DNA of 64,000 bases, taken from positions 134,785-198,784 of the forward strand of contig MU626271.1 of NCBI GenBank assembly GCA_025603075.1, in the 5' to 3' direction. How positions within the stretch are numbered: the first letter of the stretch is position 1; each line of letters begins with the position of its first letter. Both the position numbers and the translations under genes were made by a program. This DNA comes from Neoconidiobolus thromboides FSU 785. Taxonomy: Eukaryota; Fungi; Entomophthoromycota. Below, one piece after another: positions 1-12,584 of the stretch. The notes below the pieces were generated by a model that ran no database searches, was not told the origin of the DNA, and worked only from the letters and a program-made list of their open reading frames with translations.

Positions 1-74
1 CATTCTATAATGTATATTAATTATTTACAAGAAATAAAAATTAAGTAAATAATCAACAAGTTTTTTCTTTATTA

Positions 75-865
75 TTAGTTAAAAGGATAGCTTTAAATTG
101 CTTGATCGCAACAAAATAGGTCAAGAGCAAACTAACCGCAATATAGATGATCAATTTAATTAATCCTTTAGTTAATGCTTTAAAGTAAAGAGTTTCTAAA
201 ACTGATATGAATTAATAAATAAAAATATAGCATAATGTAATAAAAATTACTTAGATTAAACTCGAAATTAACATCCTTATTTACATAACTAGGATTATAC
301 AACACACTCGGTTTAAATTCAATAATAGAAAGATAAGTTAGTTCCAAGCTCAGGTTCAACTAATATAACTTTCTTAGAATAAATATAAAAAAAGAACCAA
401 AAATACCGTATCTGAGATATTATTCAAAAACTCTGTTTTATCATTAAAAGCAGCATTACTAAGCAGGTGAACTAGCGTATTCTTATTAACAACTTGGAAC
501 TCCAAGTCGGCTTGGTGCTAAAATATTAACTAAAGTTTCAAAAACTAAAGACTAAAAACTAAAATTACAATAGCTGGAAAGCATAGCCTGAGTTCATAAC
601 GATTATTTAGTTCCAAGTTGGATAGCAGATAAAATCTATAGTGAGGAAAAGTGATCTTATTAAACGAAGGTATGAGTTCTGAGCTAAGTTGATGGTTAAG
701 TGGTATGCTTCTAACGCTCGAGTTGTACGAATTCTTATCATTTATGAAGTTGGATAATATATTAGGACTTTGATTATGTGCTATGTGGTCATTGACGTCA
801 AACTGTATTTTTTCATTGTTGCATGTTATTAATTGGAATAATGAAATTAATAATACTATTAACAT
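75..865 (-). CDS. Spliced type-I membrane protein (signal peptide + C-terminal TM), possibly Pga1-like GPI mannosyltransferase II accessory subunit
   Basis: ATG at 865 gives signal peptide MLIVLLISLFQLITC. Three GT-AG introns join ...YELRLCFPAI / HQADLEFQ... / LNLSLELTY... / ILETLYFKALTKGLIKLIIYIAVSLLLTYFVAI, stop at 75-77. YELRLCFPA resembles the Pga1 family motif as I recall it; not searched. Confidence 0.5.
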
Positions 866-983
866 TATGTAAAGATGGATCAAAAAAAAAATTGCAGCCC
901 ATAAGGAAATTCTTGTTTTTTTTCAAAACAAGATTTAAATTTTGCATTTAGAACTTTGTAAAATCAAATATCAATTATTTCTA

Positions 984-3109
984 ATGGATAATAAAAGGAT
1001 AAAAAATCAATTTTATACATCAAAAAGTTACATTAATCAACTTCAGAACAAAAGTAGCATATCAAGAAGGAATGATAGTAATGATTTAAATAGTAAAGTG
1101 ATAACAAAGCATATATCTCAAGAAGACAAAATAGAAGCACCGACGTACAAAGAAGTAAAGGCTTGGTTAACTGAAGAGTTAAAACTAAACCAGAGTGACT
1201 TAATAGGAGTGATTAATGGGATAGACGAAATAAAACCTAAGTTTGAGCAAAAATTGTTAACGGAAGAAGAGTATCATCTTTTAACAAAAAGCGACTGCGA
1301 TAGAATTATATTAAATTATTTAATTAAACATATACGCGATGAAAATGCAATAACGGAGTTAAGGAACCAGTTATATAATTTATCAATAGAAGAAGCCAAT
1401 ATGATTAAAGGAAGGATACTCAAAAAGAATAAGTATTATGAGGGTAGTGAGTATATTAGTTTGAAGGAAAGGCTAAAAGACCAGGAGATACAATTTAGAT
1501 TTCAAAATAGGATTTATGAGGAGCAAGTTAAGTTGTTAGATGATAAAAAGAAAAGAATTACTGAGCTAAAAAAGGAAAAAGATGAGCTGATTCAAAACAT
1601 CAAAGAGGATAAAACGAAGGTGATTGCCAAAAAAAAGATACATGATTATTTGGAACAAAAGAACGAAGAAGTTAAAGAATTGTTAGATGATATTAAAGTT
1701 GAACAAAATGAATCAGAAGAGTGTAATAAAAGAATGGAGTTAGTTTTTGGCTTAATTAAGGATTCAATAGAAAATAACAAAGATAATAAAGCTTTAATTC
1801 TAAACCATTTAACAGAGAACTTTGTAAATATTGATGGCTCATTGCTGATGTCTTATTTAAGAGATAAAACCAGTATATTGAAAGAAGAAGTGATGGCAAA
1901 TTTTTGGAAACTTAAGATAGAAACAAATGAAAATATTAAACAAGAAGATTACAATATAGCTAGTGAGGAGTTTGATTATTATCAGGTAAATAATAACAAT
2001 AATCACAAAAGCTTTAATAATTTTTTTAAAGGCATTTAAAGATAGAATACTGGAAGATCAATCGATGTTAAAAGAAGAACTTTTAAACAGTAATCAACTA
2101 GATATTGAAATTAGGCAATTGCTTCAGACTCAAAATGAACCATTCAAACAAAAGTAAGAGATATTAAGCACTATTATGTTTATTCTAATCCCTCTTTAGG
2201 TATGACAAAGAAGACTTTAATACAAATTTACATGATTCTTCAATACCATCAGATATAGAAAGTGACTACAGAACTTTGATAGAAATGGAAGAAGGTACGA
2301 TTCAATCACAGAACAATGAAGATGAACTGGATAAAATCAATGAACAGATAGTAAGGATAGGATTTCATTATTTGACACGATATTAATAGCTTTAAGGAGG
2401 ATCAAAAAGAAAGGATAGTACAACTAATACATATTAGTATGAAAAAGGAGGAAGAGATGAAAGAAATAAAAAAGGAAACGAATTTGTATTTAAGTGAAAA
2501 TAAACAGGAGATTCAAAGTAAGATCCATAATATTAAAAAGGCACACGAAGAATTTGATCTCAAATTGAAGCAATTTAACCAACTTATTAATAGTAACTTT
2601 GAGTAAATTGTTTTAATATTTGCTGAATATCAAACTTATTTTTTTAGTGAAATGCTTGAATTAAAGATCGAATCTAAGATACAAGAATGCTTTAATGCTT
2701 TATATCCATTTAAGGTAATAATTTAGGTTCATCGAGTAAAGATATAACTAACAAAAAATAGAATAAAGATAATTTACTGCTGACACTTCTAAATAAAAAA
2801 GAAGAAATTGATGCAAATACACTAAAACAAGATAAAATAACACAATTTGAAACAGAATTTTATAAACAAATTCAAAGTTATTTAAATAAGTGGAAAGAAA
2901 CAAGTGAAGAAGAAGATATTAATAGCTTTAAAAAATTTATTCATTTTGTGATTGAGAATGATAATAAAAGAGGGGAAAAGGCAAGGGAAGAAGAGAAAGA
3001 AATTGTTTCAAAAATAAAAAACCATCTTTTACCTATAGCACAAGAAGCTTCAGTGAACCTTGAAGTTGTTTTCGATGAAAAAAAGGAGTTGGAAGAGTTT
3101 AGTGGTTAA
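984..3109 (+). CDS. Multi-exon coiled-coil protein, N-terminus resembling augmin subunit HAUS5/Dgt5
   Basis: ORF 942-2039 plus downstream exons (DRILEDQSMLKEELL..., ...EKKELEEFSG* ending 3109). EVKAWLTEELKL...IILNYLIKHIRDENAITELRNQL resembles the HAUS5 N-terminal pattern W..EE...IW.YI..HV.....V..IR.NL. Splice details uncertain. Confidence 0.5.
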
Positions 3110-3334
3110 CTGTTATTTGTATCTTTATGTTTGTAATAAATAAGTAAAATTTATTTTCATTTATTTTTAATAGGATTTAATTTATTTGATAGTTTGTATT
3201 TTGTATTTATATAATATATAATATATTTTAAGCATTAAACCGAATATATCTAACACATATTGTAAAAAGTTCAAAATAAAAATTTAAAATTTTATTAAAG
3301 TGTGTTATATTGAAAATTAGTTATTAATCACTAC

Positions 3335-4291
3335 TTAAGCTTTCTTAACTTTAGGGGTAGAGCGAGCTTGATAAGTTTTGTAAAAGAACTCAACAAAAAG
3401 TAAGAGATAGGAAGAGAGAAGATAACACCCAAAATTAGCCGCTGTTTCTGTCCCTGCACATGAGCCGACATGAGGTAAATGAGGATAATATTTGGAAACA
3501 TACAAGTTATAAGTACAAAAATATACGGCAGCTAAGTCAATGACAAATTGAGTAATTTGGAAAACAGTAACGTATTTTTTCCACCAGATCTTGCCTCCGA
3601 AGGTGGCTAAATAATAGTAGAAATACATTAATACATGTACGGCCAAATTTAATGTGATTGGAACATAAGACTATAAATAGTTTGTTAAATTAAAGTTAAT
3701 CAAGAAAAACAAGCTCTATTACCACTGGTGTTTTTCCATTTAATTGGGTATAACAAAGTACCATTGTCAAACTATGATGATAATAATGTAAAAAGGCTAA
3801 AAAATTGATTAAGGTTAATTCAAAGTTAATAAATTGATATTACCTAAAGGCTTCTTTTTAACGACTAAAAAGAGTGTGTCAACAAGTTCATAATATTTAG
3901 TAAGATAGTTAAGATAGTATAAAAGTTGAAGCTTCTGAGTCCAAGCAGCTTGGTTACAAAGGGAATAATATAACCCATCGTTAACAATAACTGGTAATAT
4001 CTGTTCAATAAAAAGTAACAATAATGCTAAACTCACTAAAGTTAAAAACAAATTGTGTGCACGGAACAAGAAGTTGAGCTTCAACGGGGAAGCAAAGGAC
4101 ATCAAATATTGTAATGAAAATATAGTTATCAAATATCCAACACAAGTACCATATACTATGCTATTCGTTGATAGTGGGGTGATTCCCTGTTCATAGTTGA
4201 AGTCTTCAGCTTTAAGACCAGTTACAAAGAAGTATAACTTCTCAAATAAACGATATAAAGGTATACCAAAAGGAGTTTCTATACTAATCAT
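3335..4291 (-). CDS. ELO: Fatty-acid elongase (ELO/GNS1/SUR4 family)
   Basis: KYYELVDTLFLVVKKKPL, His box FLHYYHH in the middle exon, NLNVHVLMYFYY, WWKKYVTVFQITQF, C-terminal dilysine KVKKA; two introns. Confidence 0.95.
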
Positions 4292-6353
4292 ATTATACTA
4301 GTGTGATTTTTAGTTTAGACCAATTTTAAAAGTTTAATAAAATAGAAAAGATAATCTAACTACCTTTTTAACTCTTTTTAACTCCTGATAGCAAAAAGTA
4401 TTTGAATTTAAACACCGAACTTATTTCTTCAATGAGTGGTATTCTTATACAAATATGGTAATCCTATTACCATGATTAATTAACACCCTTTATTTGATTC
4501 TTTTCCAATTCCCTGCTCCTCCCTTACTTCCTGGCCTCGCTTCATTGGCTATTTTTAGTTTCCATTTTTCTTTTGTATCGTTCTATTTTTTTGTATAAAA
4601 TAGTGGTCATTTTTTTAACTTTTATTGGCCGTTTATAATTCATGCTTTTATCCCTTTTAAAATTTTAAGTTGAGATAAACTATAATAAATCGAACAAGCA
4701 TAGTATAATTACTTGAAATAATATATATAACTTTTTTCGATATCTTCTTATCGCAAAACATATACTTTATTATAAAAACATTATAGTTTTTATAATGATT
4801 TTCCTCAAAGGATACTCTACAATGTTATTAAAATAAAAATCTTTGTTGTTACTATAATTGTTTAAAATGAAATTAATTTCTATTTATAAATACTTTCTCC
4901 AATGTATAGTTTCAAAACGCTTCACCATTAGCAACTTTGAAGCTTGTAATTTTGATGTAAGTACCAATAGTTACAATGTTGTTTAATATTACACTTTTAG
5001 ACAAATACATGTTTAGGAGAGTGTTTGTTTATCAGATTATTCATGACTTTTGTTAATGCAAGCTATCACTTTATTGCTAAAGGTTTACATACTAACAAAT
5101 TTTCATTAGATACCTGCATTTAAAATTAGTGTTTTGTATTGTTATTATAATTTATAGCTAAAACTAACTGCTTCGATACATTTTATTGGATATATTCTAA
5201 AGGCTAGTTGAACCTTACCGTTAACCCCCTATGTTGAATAAAGTACAATATACCATTTGCGTCTAAGTTGGTGAATTTGTATCAGCCAATTGGGATTAGT
5301 TTCCATTTTTCAATCAAGGAAAATTACCAATGGAATCAAGAAAAACTTGTTGTTATTTAAGGATTATAATGAAACAATATAAATTTATAATATAATCGAA
5401 ATATTCAATCAAAATTAATAATAAACATATTGTTTTTTATATCTTTACTTTATAATATTAAATCAATCTCAAGCTATTAATGAATTTTACTCTAAAATAA
5501 ATTCTACAAGAATTTTAGAATTGGCTTGAATTATTGGCTAGCATTTAAATTTAGTCCCAGTTAATTTATCAACTTAGGTCAACTGTTATTTACAAACTTT
5601 AGTATATGATTTCAACTGGCAAATATCTATATATATGAAATACTTTCACTTGATCATTTTTTTCCTATTTAATTTTTAAAATTAATAGTTAGCATTTCTT
5701 TTTTTGTTTTTTGTTTTTTTATTAAGCTGACTGTAGTATTTTTATTAATTTTGTTATTATTATTATGAAATTTGTACTTGTATTTGTTTTTATTTTTACA
5801 AATTAAACACTATGTATAATATAAAGCTGAAAAAAAAGAAAAGTTGTATCAGAAAATTATCAAAATCACTATGAAAGTAAAGTTGTAAAAAATATTAATA
5901 TTTTCTTCAATAATTCAGTTTTATACTTAGTTTTTTAATTATATTAACTTTTTTATAAATTACAGGCTTTAGTCTAAAATTAACTTTTTTCAATATTTTT
6001 AAAAAATAAATAAAGCAATTCTTATAATAATTTAAGAATATTTAAATTATTGGTTTAAAATTTTATTTTATAATTTAAAGTAAATAATTTAGCTGATTAA
6101 TAAATTAAAATGTAATATTTATAAAACTAATATAAAATATAAAAAACAATAACAAAAATAGAATTTTAATCTAACATTTGAAAATATGTATAAATGAAAT
6201 TTAATTTTTTTTTAAAAAATTCCTTTGTTTAGTATTGTGTTTTTATTACTTTTATTATTTTATTATTTTCTATTTTTTACACTTTTTAAAAATCATATTA
6301 TTTTACCTAATGCTTTGAAACTATTTTTCCATTATCAAAGATTTCTAAAATAT

Positions 6354-6452
6354 GGGGATATATTTTTGTATTTAAGAATTTCACTAACAAATTTTCCACT
6401 TAAATAGCGCTTAAAAAAATGGAAAAAGTAATGAAGTCAAAAAAACGCTCCC
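6354..6452 (+). mobile_element. 98-bp MITE copy 1
   Basis: GGGGATAT...AACGCTCCC, flanked ATAT/ATAT. Confidence 0.9.
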
Positions 6453-6467
6453 ATATTGTAAAACCTG

Positions 6468-6919
6468 ATACTTAGTGATTGAAGTCAATAACAGCTATCG
6501 CTTGGTTGACTATACTGTAAGTCGAAAGGTCTTAGTTTATATGACTAGGATGGACTTCAATTATGAAGAATAGCAAGTAACATAATACAGACTATGGAAG
6601 AAAAATATAATAGATAATACTACTGTAAAATCTACATAAAATACTATTAAGGAAATTTAGTGGCTTTATTAAATGTATAAGGTATCGGGGAATAATTCAG
6701 TTAAAAAGCCTTGAACTACTATGTTCTAAAATCTGTTTTATACTCTGACAAGTACAAATACCAAAACGAGAAGATAATATTCCTTAAGATGAAGCTAGAA
6801 ATTCTCATAGCAAATCAAGCTAAGAGCGGGGATTAATTGTCTCTGAACCCGAGAACATAACAATTTAAGTGATTATTATGTTATAATCAATTATGGAGCT
6901 GATAAAGCGATATTTCACA
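6468..6919 (+). repeat. Degenerate ~440-bp dispersed repeat (family B), copy A
   Basis: Aligns with the reverse complement of 60326-60756; anchor 6506-6540 matches at 34/35 nt. Confidence 0.85.
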
Positions 6920-7031
6920 ATCCCTATGTTAAAAACTTATAAATAAAAGCTTAATTTAGGTTAATTTTTGAATAACTTCTGGGACTAATTCAGACATCCT
7001 CTTGTGTTTTAAGTAAATACAATAAATATAT

Positions 7032-7130
7032 GGGGATGTATTTTTGTATTTAAGAATCTTACTAACAAATTTTCCGCTTAAATAGCACTTAAAGAATGGA
7101 AAAAATAATGAAGTCAAAAAAGACACTCCC
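7032..7130 (+). mobile_element. 98-bp MITE copy 2
   Basis: GGGGATGT...ACACTCCC, ATAT/ATAT. Confidence 0.9.
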
Positions 7131-7310
7131 ATATTTGAAAATTAAATGAATACATTATATATAAATACATATATACATATATCTAGATTAAATGTATGTA
7201 AAAATATACAAGTTTTTTAAAAAAAAGCTACCAGCTTATATATGCTTATGTAAAAAAACATATTAATAGTTGTTATTGATACAATAAATAATAAATAAGA
7301 GCTGATATAT

Positions 7311-7408
7311 GGGGATGTTTTTTTGGTTTCATTACTTTTTCTATCTTTTGAGCACTATTTTAGCGGAAAAATTATTAGTGAAATTGCTAAACACAAAAAT
7401 ATATCCCT
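7311..7408 (-). mobile_element. 98-bp MITE copy 3
   Basis: Reverse orientation, ATAT/ATAT. Confidence 0.9.
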
Positions 7409-7468
7409 ATATTATGAAATAATATCATTAAAAGTAAATACAGGGATAAGTTTAGTAACAATAAATAT

Positions 7469-7564
7469 AAGAATATTTTTTTGGTTTCATCACTTTCTAT
7501 TTTTCAAATACTGTTTAAGTAGGAAAATTGCTAATAAAGTTCTTAAATAAAAAAATACATTTTC
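7469..7564 (-). mobile_element. 98-bp MITE copy 4 (degenerate)
   Basis: Eroded TIRs, internal consensus recognisable, ATAT/ATAT. Confidence 0.75.
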
Positions 7565-8246
7565 ATATGATTAAAGGTCATTATAAAAATATTAAACTAT
7601 AAGTTAATTACATCCATAATCTTTATTATTTCAATAAAGAATTGATGACGAAGATATAATTACAATGTAAAGAAAGCTATTTTTACTCTAAAATAATCTT
7701 TTTAAAATGAAAGCAAGATTATTTATGAGGCCTTTTTTTGTTTATAAGATCAAGCTTTGGTTCTAATACTTTTTGCATCTAAAATGGTAAAGATATTAAA
7801 GTATTTATTAATAGACAATAGAGAATAATCGATATTCTTAAAATATTTAAATTCAATATAGATTTATCTATATTGGTTAATGTATTGTGTATTTGATATT
7901 AATTGTTGTTTATAAAGTGGACAGCTTAGAGTTAGATAGGTGTTACAGTTATAAAAAGCCTTTTGAGTTTAAATAGTATTGGACTAACCTGTTGCGAAGG
8001 CATTGAGTATAACTATTAGTATTTATAGACAATATTTAACAAAATGAAATTAAAAGTCAAAGCTGTAAAATGTCATAATATTATATCTTTAATTTATAAT
8101 TCATATTTAAAATAGTTATGATCGCTAAAGAGAAGGTTATGACTATCCATATGGAAATAAATTGCGAAAGATGACGAAACGATCATAAAATGATATCAAT
8201 TTTACAAAATTTTATTTCTATAAAATTGTTTCAAATTTAAATAATT

Positions 8247-8929
8247 TTAAATGGAGTCAAGGAAGTTGTTGGCAAGGGAGCAAGAGAGACCAACTGCATC
8301 AGGCTAAATAACAGTAAGGAAACTGGTAAAAAAAAAGTATAAACTATGAACTTACTTCAACATCAAGCTTCTTGACAACACCATTTTCAATATAGGCAGC
8401 AAAACGCTTGACACGAGTACCACCAAGAGCTAAAACAAGGGTTAATACATATCAAAGAAAACTAACAATCTCTTACGAGCAGCAGGGAAGTCAAGACCAA
8501 GAGCCTTAGCAAGATCAGCTTGGAAATCAGCTAAGATGGTGACTTTGCCTTCAGCCTTAGTAGCTTCGGACCAAGCTTGGGTTACAAAAGCATCGTTAAC
8601 GGTGACACAAACTACTTCTTCAATGCCTTTGTTTTTGATTTCTTGGTGTCTTTCAATATAAGAGGGTAAATGACTCTATAAAAAGTTAGTGTTCATTACT
8701 ATTAGTATCATACTAATGCTATCTACCTTGGAGCAACCTATAATGAATAGTTAGTAAGTAGTATAATAGCAATAGAAAAGCAAAGCTTACCAGGGGTAAA
8801 GGCACCTGGGACACCAATCAAGATAGCCTTGTTTAATTTCTTAAAGTGTTCTAAAACGTTAACGTTGTCTTCTGGGTGTTTGTTATGTACAACAACAGAT
8901 GGTAAAGAGTCTCCTACTTTAATGGCCAT
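8247..8929 (-). CDS. PRX5: Prx5/AHP1/PMP20-type peroxiredoxin
   Basis: IKVGDSLP...GVPGAFTP-GCSK-SHLPSY with an 11-nt micro-exon at 8727-8737; VVCVTVNDAFV, RVKRFAA, last exon PDAVGLSCSLANNFL. Confidence 0.95.
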
Positions 8930-10209
8930 TTTTATATAATATAAGTTAATTTATTTTATATCGAAAAGTAAGATTTAAAGCGACTTATATACTTTTTTCA
9001 TTGAAGTATGATGTCAGCGCAAAACTCATAATTTATCCATTTCATCCCTTATCATTTTAGTGAACTATTGCTTTTTTTGGTGTTTAATTGATATTTAGGT
9101 TACTAACATCTCAGCTAATTAGCCTAATATTATTAGCAATGGCTTTTTAAGCGAGGTTCTTTTATGCTATCTAGAAGGTGCTAGTCTAATTCTTGAATAT
9201 TATTATGATACGTCATTCAATTTGATTTGTAATCTATTTATTATAGTTTCGATAGAACATTATTATATTTTGTAAAGCTGTTTACCCGTACTAAAGGTTA
9301 ATTTGTATAAATAAATGCAATATTCCTCAATGATAAAACCCTCTTTTAATGCTATCTTTGAGCTGCCTCTAATACAGCAATTATAAAATATTCTATCTTT
9401 ATTATTCCATTTATTAATATTTTTTAGACACTTTTATATAGCACTGAAAATAGTATTCCCAAAGTAATATAACAAAGCTGGGCCAGGAGAAGTATTTCAA
9501 TAATTTTAAATTTCTAAGGATCACTAAAGCTCTTCAAATAGGATATAAATTAAGCCAAATCTTTTATAACTTGTTAGTTTATAAATAACTTTTATAATCA
9601 ATATTATCTATTTTATTTTTTACTTATAAATTTAGATTAAGGTGCAATGAGTTTAGCCAGCAATCTAGAAGTTATAAAAAAAGGTATAAGGACTAAAGGA
9701 TATTAATACACAGAAGCTAATGATTTATAAAAAGATCAATTTTTTTTTGTAAAACGGCAGTTAAAAGATTTGAATATAAATACTACATGTTATAAATTAG
9801 TTTATAACAAATAGAATACAATCATTCAAAATAAATTACTATTTTTTGTTAAATTTTGGACACTAAATAGATTTATAATAGCAGCCTAATGATTGGCTAA
9901 AAATAAGTTATAATAACCTGGGTTTATTTCAAATTTAGCTCATTAAAAATAGTCAATTTATAATTCAATTAAACTCAGTGAAATTAGTAATGTCATGATG
10001 CTATAGCAATAAGTATTTAGGAATCAGATCGCCTTGATTTTTACAAGTACTTTTTATTATTAAAACAATGTTTTTACATAGCTTTTCACTTTACCAATAA
10101 CCTTTTTATGGATAACTAACGTTTTTTATAAAATGAGTAATTTTTTAAGAAATAAAATAAAATAAAATAAAATGTTCACTCTAAAGTCGATTTCTGATTA
10201 AAAAGGTAT

Positions 10210-10304
10210 GGGGATGTATTTTTTTGTTTAAAATTTTGCTAATCTTTTCCGCTCAAATAGCGCTTAAAGAATGGAAAAAGTGGCGAAACCTAAAAAGCAT
10301 CCTC
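10210..10304 (+). mobile_element. 98-bp MITE copy 5
   Basis: GGGGATGT...GCATCCTC, flanks GTAT/ATAT. Confidence 0.85.
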
Positions 10305-10533
10305 ATATTTTGAGAATATTCGATCATATATAAGAAGTGCTTATAAGTATAAACAAAATCATTTAAGTAAAAAGGATTTCAAATAATTGATAATAAAACT
10401 AGGATTCATTAGCTAATTTTTATTTAAATAAATTATACCTTATAATAGTTATTAAACTTTTTAATTTATTTTACCAAATACAATAGAAATATAAAAATAC
10501 TAATTAAGACTTATTTATTTATTACTTTTAGCA

Positions 10534-11466
10534 TTATTTAACTATAACATATAACTCTTCTTCTTTTTCACTGTCTAGTATTTGTATTAATTTCAAATAA
10601 TACTGTTGAGTTGAGATAGGTATCTTTTTCCCTTTATGATTAATCTTATAAATCTCAAGCTCAACGCTACTATTGTTGATAATTTCCTATAATAATTTAA
10701 GCACTATATATCATATATCATTATTAAACTTACTTTATTAACTAAATCTCTAACATGATTTAAGTCGTCTTCAAGTGTTAAATAAACTGCGCCAATTAGT
10801 TTACCAACATTACAGTATACAATAATTTCAAATAATTTTTTATGTGAAATATGTTTCGTTGTTTGTGTTTGACTATTATTACTAAACCCTAATTATTTAA
10901 GCTATAAATTATAATAAATTATGATAATAGTACCTGAAACTGTATTAAAATCAATAGGATTTAAATTGTCATTTTTAGTTATTGGAATATCTTCTTTAAA
11001 TTTTTTAACATCTGACTGGCTACTCTTATCTAATGGAAGATCTTGTGGCAAATTCCATACTTTATCATAATCTGGATTAGCTAAATAATTAGGTATAAAG
11101 CTTTGCCTATCAGCTTGAACATTAATCTCTATTTTACTTTTCCCCAAAATCTCAAGTATTTGCTGACTCTTTGTTAACTGATATCCTGTTTGACTCTGGT
11201 TATTTTTTAACTCAATATCAACGCCATGAAGCAACAATAGCTCTACTATATTCACATGTCCTCTTTTACAAGCCCAATGAAATGCAGTCCTTATAGATTT
11301 AATTTTAGTTTGAATCGGTTTAAAAAGTCAGAAGTGATTATTACCAACCGTTTACAACGTTTGCTGCATTCGGATTAACCCCCAGTGATAACAACGCTTT
11401 AACTGCCTTAATGTTCCCTAGTGCAGAGTATTCACGTAGCTGCTCTTCTTGTTCGCCTTTACTCAT
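10534..11466 (-). CDS. Ankyrin-repeat protein, ANKRD40-like
   Basis: MSKGEQEEQLREYSALGNIKAVK...NVVNGW / TAFHWACKRGH...FIPNYLANP resembles ANKRD40 (EQQERLREAAALGD...NEVNGWTCLHWACKR...FVPNYLANP). C-terminal exons reconstructed to the stop at 10534-10536. Confidence 0.75.
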
Positions 11467-12099
11467 CTCTTTTTTAAAAACTTGTAAAAGTTTGCTTTTG
11501 GAAATTTGTTCTTTTGTGATTCGCTAAGATTATTAATTTATAAGATAAGCCAGCCAACCTCTGGTTTTTGCAAAACAAGCTAGACTATAGTAATAGCTTT
11601 ACTTAATTTCTTTCACAATCCTTCTCAATCAAACAATGCATCAATGAAAAGGACTAATGACTAACCGAATCGTGTATATTTTTCTATGGCCTGATTCAAT
11701 TATATGTCTCTTTATTGATCCATCGTTTGATTGAGAGATACATTATAAATTATTAATTCTATTTCAGAGTTGTTAATAATGAAACATTGTCTACTTTCCA
11801 TTGGTTTAAAATAGCTGTTCAGGAAATTCAAAACTAACACTAAATGGAGAGTGCTACTTAACTGTCTTAGTCTAATCAATAATGTTTTTTGGTTGGAACT
11901 TGTTTTTTTGATAATTAAGCTGAATTTATAAAGGTTGGCTTCATAATTACGGTTGTTACTCTTGCAACCTATACCACAAAAAAGGTCAGATTTATAACTT
12001 ACCTCATAGTTCGTGTTAAATAATCTAGTTCTGAAATTTTGGGTTTTAGTTTTGAGGTTGAACGGGCAATTAGATAAATTAAGTTATTTTTTACCCTAT

Positions 12100-12192
12100 G
12101 GGGGTGTATTTTCTTTGTCTAAGAATTTTATTAACAATCTTCCACTCAAATAGTACTTAAAAAATGGAAAAATAATGAAATTAAAACATCCC
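12100..12192 (+). mobile_element. 98-bp MITE copy 6
   Basis: GGGGGTGT...AACATCCC, flanks CTAT/CTAT if one terminal C is lost. Confidence 0.85.
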
Positions 12193-12584
12193 CTATAGCA
12201 CTTTCATTCAATAAATGAACATTGAGAGGAAAAAAAGATATTGTATATAAATTAGCATTTCTAATGATATAATTTTTAAAATATTATAATTGTAATTTAA
12301 AAGCAAACTATAAAAATTATTTTGATACTTCAAACCATTTAAACTAAACAATTTTAAAGTTTTATGTAAGTTTTAGGGTAAATAATCTAGATTGAAACCT
12401 GATCTATAGTAAACCCAGCATTTAAAAAATAGGTTTGAATTAGGGCTAAGGTTTCTTGGTAAAGCGGTATAATATATAAATAAATATGATGAGCATAAAT
12501 AAAGATAAATGAGTGGTATAAAAGAAAGCTTTATATTTGATAAAAAACATTAAAACTATTAAGTGTTATAATCCATTATAAGAA

